A stretch of 64,000 nt of DNA from Atribacterota bacterium (lineage in GTDB: Bacteria > Atribacterota > Phoenicimicrobiia > Phoenicimicrobiales > Phoenicimicrobiaceae): assembly GCA_030605615.1 (NCBI GenBank), contig JAUWHZ010000024.1, positions 1,680 to 65,679 of the forward strand. Reading direction: 5' to 3'. The notes under the pieces are model-generated. The model worked only from the letters and a program-made list of their open reading frames with translations, did not search any database and had not been told where the DNA came from. Positions 50,935 through 59,300 of this stretch are shown piece by piece. Position 1 is the stretch's first letter, and each line of letters begins with the position of its first letter. Both the position numbers and the translations under genes were made by a program.

Positions 50935-50964
50935 CCTCCACTATACTCCACTTTACTCCACTTA
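50935..50964 (-). promoter_or_regulatory. Three 10-bp-phased direct repeats (minus strand AAGTGGAGT x3) upstream of mraZ; candidate MraZ operator
   Basis: Plus strand reads cCTCCACtat ACTCCACttt ACTCCACtta with exact 10-bp periodicity, abutting a TATAAT-like hexamer (50928-50933) and 22-51 bp upstream of the mraZ ATG. Confidence 0.5.
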
Positions 50965-51170
50965 TTTATAGTATACTACATTTTTTTAAAAAACCCTCTT
51001 TTTTTTTGAAAATAATTTTATTTTTTTTAAAAAATTAGAAAATACCGCTTATTTAGTGTGTTTCGTATAATAGATACACCATTTTTCTTCATATTTTTGG
51101 GAAAAATAGAAGAGCAGACTTTAAGATTGATTTTTAAGAGGGATATTTTGAGGGGAAAAAAATAAAAAAA

Positions 51171-51204
51171 GACATACAATAAAATATTTTACCGTATGTC
51201 TTTA
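51171..51204 (-). terminator. Intrinsic terminator after rnpB
   Basis: Minus-strand RNA reads AAGACAUACGGUAAAAUAUUUUAUUGUAUGUCUUUUUUUAUUUUUUU. Confidence 0.65.
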
Positions 51205-51218
51205 TATCTATTTATTTT

Positions 51219-51672
51219 GATAAGCAGATCATAAGCCGAGTTCTGTTCCCTTATTAAATTATAAGGGCGGTAATCATCTATCTGGGATGCAAGTTACCTT
51301 ACACCTCTTGCGACCTACCCGAAGATTCAGCGGGCCACCACAACTCTTCCTATTTGGTCTTGCTCCAAGTGGGGTTTACTAAGCTTGTTAGTCACCTAAC
51401 AACTGGTAGGCTCTTACCCTACCTTTTCACCTTTACCCGGCACTCAATCCTGATGTTAAGTAAACGAGGATAGTTTTTGTAATAGAAAACAGATTTAAAA
51501 AACTATTATTAAGGAAAATTTAATATCAGAATTGAGTGCCGGGCTGTGTATTTTCTGTAGCACTTTCCTTAAGGTTACCCTCACTGGGGGTTACCCAGCA
51601 CTTTGCCCTATGGAGCTCGGACTTTCCTCGAAAGAAATTATCTTTCTTCCGCGATTACCCGATCTACTTATC
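51219..51672 (-). ncRNA. rnpB: RNase P RNA (bacterial type A)
   Basis: Minus strand carries the P4 5' strand GAGGAAAGUCCGAGCUCCAUAGGGCAAAGUGCUGGGUAACC, a P11-P12 region GGGUAAAGGUGAAAAGGUAGGGUAAGAGCCUACC, the P4 3' strand ACAGAACUCGGCUUAU, and P1 pairing GAUAAGUAGAUC / GAUCUGCUUAUC that defines both ends. An AT-rich insertion at about 51480-51545 lengthens it to about 454 nt. Confidence 0.85.
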
Positions 51673-51742
51673 AACTATTCTCTTTTTTCTATTTTAAAAT
51701 ACCATTTTATTCCAAATAAGTCAATTGACTGTTTGACTTAAA

Positions 51743-52456
51743 TTACCCTTTCCAAACCAAAATTCGGTTACAATTAGGGCAAGTTATTAGTTTTTGACTT
51801 TTTTTTAATTGATAAATAATATCACTGGGAAGATCAAGATAGCAACCTGGACATATAGAACTATTAACCTCAACAATGGCTTTTCCACCTTTTTCTTTTT
51901 TTAACAATTCATATTCTTTTAAAAGACGGCTATCTGTTAATTTATTTAATATATCTTCTCTTTTAATGCTTAAAGAATTCATACTTTCTTCTATTCTTGA
52001 TGCCATTAATTCCATTTCCTGTTGACACTTTAGTAAATACTTGTCTTTCTCTTTTAAATTTTCTTCAAGTTTATTAACCGACTTTTTAAGATCTTCTATT
52101 TCTTCCATTAAATCTAAAAGTTCATCCTCAATATTATCTTTCTCTTTTTCATAATTAGATATTACCCTTTGTAATTGTTTAAGCTCTTTGATATCGGCTA
52201 TTTTACCTCCGTATAAATCTTCCTGATGTTTTTTGATTTTGTTAGATTTATCAGATAAATCTAATTCCTTTCTTTTCAATTTAATCTGCAACTCTTTATA
52301 GTTTTCATGTTTATTTTTTATATTGTTCTTTAACTCTTGAATTTCCCGATTAATCCTGTCAACTTTCAAGGGTAAGTCTTTCTTTTTTTTCTCTTCTTCG
52401 TCTATATCATTATCCATTTTTTGTAACTCTAATAGAATATCAAATTGTTCTACCAA
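51743..52456 (-). CDS. Coiled-coil C4 zinc-ribbon protein (COG1579/DUF164 family)
   Basis: 237 aa with a long heptad-rich coiled coil and a C-terminal CPGC..CPNC zinc ribbon. Confidence 0.7.
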   Translation of the reverse strand: MVEQFDILLELQKMDNDIDEEEKKKKDLPLKVDRINREIQELKNNIKNKHENYKELQIKLKRKELDLSDKSNKIKKHQEDLYGGKIADIKELKQLQRVISNYEKEKDNIEDELLDLMEEIEDLKKSVNKLEENLKEKDKYLLKCQQEMELMASRIEESMNSLSIKREDILNKLTDSRLLKEYELLKKEKGGKAIVEVNSSICPGCYLDLPSDIIYQLKKSQKLITCPNCNRILVWKG

Positions 52457-52627
52457 TACACTATTCCCCCTCTCCTTAGGGCAATAGAATGTTTTAAAAT
52501 AAAAAAGCCTTACTTCCTACATATTAAGAAGTAAGGCTTCTGAAACACTCTAATATTTTACCAATTTTACATTTCTTCATAAAATCTTTTACTGCCCTTA
52601 TAACTAATAAAAATCTATTAGTTTTTT

Positions 52628-52703
52628 TGGTGGGCCCACCTGGGGTCGAACCAGGGACCGACCGGTTATGAGCCGGTTGCTCTGCCAGCTGAGCTATGGG
52701 CCC
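52628..52703 (-). tRNA. tRNA with CAU anticodon (lysidine-type tRNA-Ile2 favoured; elongator tRNA-Met possible), CCA encoded
   Basis: Minus strand: GGGCCCAUAGCUCAGCUGGCAGAGCAACCGGCUCAUAACCGGUCGGUCCCUGGUUCGACCCCAGGUGGGCCCACCA. The cloverleaf is perfect with anticodon loop CUCAUAA. G1:C72 is paired and there is no GGG/CCC anticodon stem, so it is not an initiator. C4:G69, C5:G68 and C29:G41 resemble TilS determinants. Confidence 0.9.
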
Positions 52704-52820
52704 GCTTTCCAATAATTATCTTCGATAAAAGTATATCAGATATGTTTATAAAGTCAAGAAAATTCGTATCTCGTTAAGAATTAGTTATTTGGCTAGTTAG
52801 TTACCTGGTTAAGAAAATAA

Positions 52821-52856
52821 AAGAGAGAAAAAAGTAGGGGCGTATTGCATACGCCC
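52821..52856 (-). terminator. Intrinsic terminator after rlmN
   Basis: Minus-strand RNA reads GGGCGUAUGCAAUACGCCCCUACUUUUUUCUCUCUUUU. Confidence 0.7.
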
Positions 52857-52863
52857 TTGTAAC

Positions 52864-53904
52864 TTATTTTAGGTGCATACTTTTTAGCTGTCCACAGGCA
52901 GCAGAAATATCGCCACCCTTCGACCTCCTTATGGTGGTTGGAATTCCTTTAGTTACCAATTTATCCTTAAAAGCTTTGACTTGGGGAATGCCGGGTGCCT
53001 GCAGTAAAGAACCGGGAGCAGGGTTAAAAGTAATTAAATTTACCTTGGAATTAAACCCACTGATTAGTTTGGCCAATTTATCTGCATAATTTAGCGAATC
53101 ATTCACTCCTTTAATTAAAATATATTCGAAAGTTACTTGCCTATCTGTTTTTTCTGCATACTTCTTACAAACTTCTATCAAATCACATAAAGGATATTTA
53201 TTATTAACTGGCATCAGATAAGATCTTAATTTATTTTCCGAGGCATGGAGAGAAACTGATAATTCTATCTGCCAATTACACTCTTGCAATCTTTTTATAG
53301 CTGGTATTATCCCGCAGGTAGAAATGGTAATCTTTCTTGCTCCAATATTAAAAGCACTTTTAGAATTTAATATAGAGATAGCTTTTACAACATTATCATA
53401 ATTATCTAAAGGTTCCCCGATCCCCATAAATACAATATTGCGGGGATTAGATTTCATCTTTTTCTTTATAAATAAAACTTGATTTAAAATTTCACTAACT
53501 GAAAGGTTTCTTTTAAAACCTTTCTTGCCACTTTCGCAAAATACACAGTTATATTTACAGCCAATTTGCGAAGATATACATTCAGTCACTCTTTTATCGG
53601 AAAATATAAGAACACTTTCTATCAAATTCCCATCTTCTAATTTAAATAAATATTTCTCGGTTTTATCTTTCGATATAGCTAATTCTACTAACTCCATCTT
53701 ATTTATATAAAAAATCTTTTGAAGTAAATCTCTAAATGACGTGGGAAGATTTGACATCTCTCTGAAATCTTCTATCCCCTTTTTATAAAGCAAATCAAAT
53801 AATTGAGTTGCTCTGTATTTTTCTACTCCTAAATCTTTAACCTCTTCTTGAAATTCATTCAAGGTAAAATTTTTAATATCTTTCTTTTGCATAATATATA
53901 TCAA
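52864..53904 (-). CDS. rlmN: 23S rRNA/tRNA m2A methyltransferase RlmN (radical SAM)
   Basis: CKYNCVFC radical-SAM motif, the RlmN C-terminal Cys (..ISAACGQL..) and the GIGEPLDN motif. Confidence 0.9.
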   Translation of the reverse strand: MIYIMQKKDIKNFTLNEFQEEVKDLGVEKYRATQLFDLLYKKGIEDFREMSNLPTSFRDLLQKIFYINKMELVELAISKDKTEKYLFKLEDGNLIESVLIFSDKRVTECISSQIGCKYNCVFCESGKKGFKRNLSVSEILNQVLFIKKKMKSNPRNIVFMGIGEPLDNYDNVVKAISILNSKSAFNIGARKITISTCGIIPAIKRLQECNWQIELSVSLHASENKLRSYLMPVNNKYPLCDLIEVCKKYAEKTDRQVTFEYILIKGVNDSLNYADKLAKLISGFNSKVNLITFNPAPGSLLQAPGIPQVKAFKDKLVTKGIPTTIRRSKGGDISAACGQLKSMHLK

Positions 53905-53915
53905 ATCTCTTTATT

Positions 53916-54965
53916 TTATTTTTTAATTTCTCTCTTTATATTTTCAGCAAATTCTTTTGCTTTTTTATCTATCCCTTGTACATTTTTTATAGAACCAGGA
54001 TCATTTGCAGTAGCCATTAAAGTAAAGTATGGTGGGAGCCTAAACCCTTTGTTAATATTTAAAGCTCCTAATAACTGTTCTGCCACACAATCACTCCCTG
54101 AGTTTCCGGAAACAATAATAGAAAACATAGTTTTATTCCAAAATTTCACTCTCTTATAAAGTACAGTCATTCTATTTATAACCGCCATAAGTTTTGCAGA
54201 TATTGCATCATTATAATTGGGACATACCCAGATTATACAATCAGCCTCTTCTATCGCCGGTAGAATCTCTTTTACCATGATTCCTCCATAAAAACAGCTT
54301 TTTTCTTCACTATAATGGATACAAGTTTTATAAGAACACCCCCCGCAGTCGACCACAGTTCCATTTTCTACGTGGAGTTCCTTTATATCTTCTCTACCAA
54401 AGTTTTCTTTTACCATTCTCCAGAGCATAAGAGTATTAGAAGTCTTAAACAAGCTCGAATGCAGCACAAGTATCTTGGGTCTATTAATTAATTTTAAATT
54501 CTCCTCTGTTAATTTTTTTACTAATTTTTTAGACTGTTTTTTATAAATCTCCACAAATGGCAGGTTAAAAGCTTTTCGCCAGGTAAGAAAATTACTAAAA
54601 TTATAAGTAGCTTCCACAACTGGGTGCCCAGAGAATCTGCATCCCATTTGATTAGCTAAAAAAACTATCCTTTGAGCCGTATTTTTAGTAAACAGTTCAT
54701 TGGGACTTTGTATTATAATTACCGCCCTTGAACCTGAAAGAGAATCATTCCCTCTTTTCCTTAATTTTAAAAACATTTCAAATAAAGGAATATTAAATCC
54801 ACATTTATCTAACTCTATTGCAAATATTATTTTTTTATTTTTAAGGTCGGGAAGGTCTTCAACGGTTTTGATAATTACTAATTGATAATTTTCTGTGGCT
54901 ATTTTGATGATATCAGCAAAACTATTTGATATTTTTCCAGGCATAATTAAATAAATAGTTTCCAT
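53916..54965 (-). CDS. Two-domain flavoprotein: N-terminal flavodoxin-like domain plus C-terminal NADPH-dependent FMN reductase/iron-sulfur flavoprotein (Isf)-like domain
   Basis: The C-terminal half reads KILVLHSSLFKTSNT...CGGCSYKTC...CPNYNDAISAKLMAVINR, the FMN_red/Isf pattern. The N-terminal 140 aa is an alpha/beta-like unknown domain. Confidence 0.6.
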   Translation of the reverse strand: METIYLIMPGKISNSFADIIKIATENYQLVIIKTVEDLPDLKNKKIIFAIELDKCGFNIPLFEMFLKLRKRGNDSLSGSRAVIIIQSPNELFTKNTAQRIVFLANQMGCRFSGHPVVEATYNFSNFLTWRKAFNLPFVEIYKKQSKKLVKKLTEENLKLINRPKILVLHSSLFKTSNTLMLWRMVKENFGREDIKELHVENGTVVDCGGCSYKTCIHYSEEKSCFYGGIMVKEILPAIEEADCIIWVCPNYNDAISAKLMAVINRMTVLYKRVKFWNKTMFSIIVSGNSGSDCVAEQLLGALNINKGFRLPPYFTLMATANDPGSIKNVQGIDKKAKEFAENIKREIKK

Positions 54966-54991
54966 AAATAATTTCCTCTATTTATAATTTT

Positions 54992-56242
54992 TTATAAAAT
55001 ATTGCCCAGCTCTTTATAACTTGCTCTAATTTTTTCTATTAAAACGGCAGGAAGATCTAATCTCTCGATTTCAACTCCTGATTTTTGTAGTCTATTTTTC
55101 GATCCCATAAATACCCCTCCCATAAAGGTTGCGCTATAATGCCACTTACCATTGATGGTGGCAATAAGTGGAATACTTGCTGAGGATAAGGCAGGAGCCA
55201 CATAAGGTTTAAAACCGGTCTTTCTTATGTCTAAATTCGCCTTTAAGGTATGATTGGTAAGTATCTCTGCTATCTTTTCATTGTATTTTTTTATACTATT
55301 GGCAATTATTAAGCCTTGGCCGTGTGGGCCAAATGCCCTACCCTCTTGATTATATTTAATATCTTCAGAAAGTTGTTTAGAATAATACACTGCCCGAGCA
55401 TGCATCACCCCTAATCCATATCCCCTTATCTGTTCTGAAGCTAATCCTTTAAAATCAAACTCTCCACTTTCATCCTTATTGCTAGCCAAGAAAACGGCTT
55501 TACACAATAAATCTACCGGGTCTGAAACCACTGCAAATATTCCCTTAAACGACTTTTCCCGGGCTATTCGGGCATAATCAGCGATAATTTTAGAATTTCC
55601 TTCAAACTGTCTCATTCTCACATCTTCTTGTTCTTCTCCTAGAGGAGGAACTCCTACAGTAGCACAAAAAACAAAAAGGTCACAGTTAAAAATTTCCTTT
55701 TTATCTAAGGCATATACTTCTGGGTACATCTGGATTGTAAAGGGAGCAAATATCTGATTTGCTTCCAATTCCCATCTCTTTGTAATATTGGAATTTTTAT
55801 CATATATTCCAATAGATTTAACATATCTTCCCCCCAATAATTTTAAACCAGTAAGGAGGATCCCTCCTACATCACCCAATCCCACAATGTTAATCTTCCA
55901 ACGGGAAGGAAATTTATAAGTTAATACATCTTGCCAATTAGGATATTCAGTATTAAGCGAACTTACTCTTTTTTCTTTTATTCTTTCTATAAGCCATATA
56001 GGTAAATTATAGTCACCTTTTTTAGGCTTTTGCAATAAATGAATTCCTTCTTCTTTTAAAAACATAAGAGAAGGATCGGTAATGCTAAAACTTCTCCTTG
56101 ATTTTAAAGGGTTTATCTGGTTCAGTATATAAATTATTTCTTTACTCTCTTTTGCTTTGCTTTCAGATATTCTACTTAATTCATTGTATTCCGATTGGGA
56201 AATTAGTACTTTATCCTTTAGTTTATAAAAAAACATTTTCAT
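54992..56242 (-). CDS. L-lactate/malate dehydrogenase-family protein with roughly 105-aa N-terminal extension
   Basis: Rossmann motif NIVGLGDVGGILLTGL, loop AVVSDPVDLL (compare IVSNPVD) and GYGLGVMHARAVYY (compare GSGTxLDSAR). The catalytic-loop residues are only partially conserved. The N-terminal region has no recognisable motif. Confidence 0.6.
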   Translation of the reverse strand: MKMFFYKLKDKVLISQSEYNELSRISESKAKESKEIIYILNQINPLKSRRSFSITDPSLMFLKEEGIHLLQKPKKGDYNLPIWLIERIKEKRVSSLNTEYPNWQDVLTYKFPSRWKINIVGLGDVGGILLTGLKLLGGRYVKSIGIYDKNSNITKRWELEANQIFAPFTIQMYPEVYALDKKEIFNCDLFVFCATVGVPPLGEEQEDVRMRQFEGNSKIIADYARIAREKSFKGIFAVVSDPVDLLCKAVFLASNKDESGEFDFKGLASEQIRGYGLGVMHARAVYYSKQLSEDIKYNQEGRAFGPHGQGLIIANSIKKYNEKIAEILTNHTLKANLDIRKTGFKPYVAPALSSASIPLIATINGKWHYSATFMGGVFMGSKNRLQKSGVEIERLDLPAVLIEKIRASYKELGNIL

Positions 56243-56246
56243 TTTT

Positions 56247-56284
56247 ACCCCTCACCCTAACCCTCTCCCTCCAGGGGAGAGGGA
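56247..56284. repeat. Hairpin repeat family A copy (CCCTCACCCTAACCCTCTCCC-loop-GGGAGAGGGA); other copies at 1079-1113 and 47037-47073
   Basis: Three intergenic copies share more than 85% identity; each carries a 9-10 bp stem CCCTCTCCC/GGGAGAGGG. Confidence 0.75.
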
Positions 56285-56389
56285 ATGTGCCTTATATACG
56301 ATACCATCTTCTCCTACTCCTATCTCCTATTTTCTTAACTATATACTATACACTAAATACTATATACTATTTTATTCTGGCTTCTATCT

Positions 56390-59300
56390 TTACTGTTCCC
56401 TTTCTACCATTCCTTTGGTTCGTCTTAAAAGTTCAAGACTATTTCTTAAATAATGAGAAGGACTAAGATTTAGATTATAATCCATATCTTCCCCCTGGTC
56501 AGGATATCGGGGATAAATAATTACTTCTCCTAAATGATCAAGAGTCAATTTTCTTTGTTGAATTACTTGGTATTCATTTTCCAGAGCTTCTAATATAGTT
56601 AAAGCATTTTTAATACAAACTTCGGAGAAGTTATAAATAATTTTTCCAGAAATATTTTTAATAAATGAAGGAAAGGTATAAGGCAATATCAAGTTAATAG
56701 ACCTAACCAGATTCCCTTGAGACCTAATTTTTCTCCTTAATGCATCTCCCCCGATAAAAGGATACAATTCACTTTCGTTAAACCAAAGCCTGAGATTGGG
56801 AATAAAATAGGCACATTCAATATCTCTATTTAGCATAGTAGCAATTTCTTTTCCACTTCCAGACAATGCCCCTACAATTATTTTTTTGATTTCGATATCA
56901 TACTTTTTGAATAGAGGTTCTAAAGTCCTTATTCTATAGCCTTTGTGCAAATAGTCATCAATTAGGATTACAGGCATATCAAACGAACGAATCATTTTAA
57001 CTTGATTTTCCAGACTCATATAATTAGGAAAGGCATCGATCTCAAAACTTTTCATATCAGAAGCAAATATTTTTTCCGTATGGAGAGATTTAGTTACAGT
57101 ATTAGGTACTACCATCTTGTTTAGTATCTTTCCAAAGGGCACACACATTGACTCTCCTAAAGCTCGAAGGGTTAAAGGTTTTGTCGGAACATCATTTATC
57201 TTGCAGACTTTTTTGACAATAGTCTGATTGAGTAAATTTATATTAAATGGTAAAACAATATTCCCGGGATAAAAAGTAGTTAACGATTTTAGTAATTTCT
57301 TCCGAGATGTAATAACTGATTTTTTAATATTTAAATTTCGACTGAAAGGCTCCTTTATAATTGTCTCGGTATCCAGATTAACTATACAGGGTTTACTTAT
57401 ATCCACTACAAATACCGGATTATCTTTTTCGCTGAAGGATAAGCGATAAAATCCCATAAGTTCTAAGTTCTCGTTTAAAGAAGTTAAAGGATAATTGTTT
57501 AATGTATTCCTAAATATCGCATAATTGTAGTCTTTCTCTATACAAAAAGAAAGTGTTTCGGTAAGAATAACCTGTTCAAGGTTTTCAAGTTCTGATCTAT
57601 TCTCCATATCACTTATCGTAAAAACACCATCAATAACTATAATACGACCAACTGCATTTTCCCGGATATACTCAGATATTAAGTTGTCCTTAAACTCTTG
57701 GAAAAGAATGTTTGAACGAACCCAATGAAATGTTGAAAAACCTAATATCATCCCATTATGGCGAACATCACGTAATAGTAGAATTCTTGGATTTAATTTA
57801 TGAGTAAACTCGACCAACTTTTTAGAAACTTCATTTCGATTATATTTAGAAAATATTTTCTGGCAAAGTTCTTCTATTAAATCTGGGGTAATATTTTCAA
57901 TTATCTGTACATCAATAGAGATAGTTTGTATTACACTCTTATATTGTGGTTCTCTTTGGTATAAACTATTTTCGTAAATATATTTCTGAGCTAATGGATC
58001 AATAAGTTTAGATATGTCTCTATTTTCATCAATGTTACTTCTTATTTGACTCGAACTTATTTCTTCATAACGAGGGGTAAGGTTAAGTTTTATAGTCTCT
58101 CCCCTTATTTCTTCAATAGCTTCTTGAATCCTTTTTTCTTTCTCATCGATAGTATATGAATTCCTTCTATCAAAAACAATATGAGAAAAAGTATGTATGG
58201 AATTTTTTCTCTTATTTCTTTTGTAAGCAGAAGCATTTAATATAACATCACTGCCTACTACAATATAAACCTCAGAAAATGGGAAATTCTCTCTCAAAGT
58301 CTCTAAATCGGTTAGATTGGCAAGATTAACGGCTAAATCTTCAGGATATAAATATACATTAAGTTCATCAGCAATAGAAATATTTATTATATTCTTTCTG
58401 AAGAGGTGTGGCTGGGTCCTTTTAGACCAAGAAAATTCATCAACTGCTAAGTATATTTCAAATCCAAGTGTTTCTATTGCTTTTATAATCTCTTTATGGC
58501 TTAAGGAAAATGGGTCAAAAGCACCTGGAAAGAAAGCTATTTTGTCTGGGGTTTCAAGGTTTATACTCCCCTTGAAGAAACTATAATCAGAGATAAATTT
58601 ATACATATAATTTAGTCCGGTACAATTTATTAAAAACATCAAACCTTCTTTATTTACAGGAGCTAACAGAGTAAGAATTTTTTTGGCAATAAGTTGAAAT
58701 ATGTGGTTTTTTTCTTCCAAACTAAGATGTCTTGAGCCAAATATTTCCCTACCAATAACTCTAAATGCTGCCTGTTTAACCTTTAAATTATAGTGTACAA
58801 AACCATTCAAAAGAATACCTATCATCTTGCTAAGTCTGTTTTCGTATGATTTCTCTTTTTCCGAAAATCTTTCTCGGTACTTAGGATAATTAGCGATGGC
58901 TATACCAACTGTCCTAAGCAGCAATGAGCTTAATTTGGGGTCGGATTGTTTGATTTTTTCTATTAAATCATCAATAAGTTCCTCTAACTCATTGGGTGTA
59001 AGATAGAGTATTAATTGACCTAAATAGTAAGGAATATACTTAGTAAATTGATAATCTTCCATTTCTAAAGCCCGCAACAATTCAATAGCTATATCATTCC
59101 TCTGTTGAAAAGATAAGCAAGACATTAAATTTACCAGGGTCTGTCCTGCTAAATTTCTAATATCCTCTATGCCGCTAACTTTCAAAATATTACAAAAATG
59201 TAAAGCGGTATAGATTTCTTCCTGTTTGCTCTTTAAGGTGTGTTCTAATAAAAGTTCTATCTGAATTTTTTTAATTATTCCACTAGTTGAAGTTTTAAGA

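Noticed and set aside
51532-51741. 69-aa plus-strand ORF
   Set aside because: Lies antisense within the rnpB RNA gene. It has no RBS or protein motif.
52524-52712. 62-aa minus-strand ORF
   Set aside because: Fully overlaps the tRNA gene (52628-52703) on the same strand. The Pro/Gly-rich translation is a consequence of tRNA sequence.
56098-56466. 122-aa plus-strand ORF spanning the LDH-like/giant-gene spacer
   Set aside because: Antisense to two real genes and a family-A repeat. The hydrophobic low-complexity product is typical of AT-rich antisense frames.
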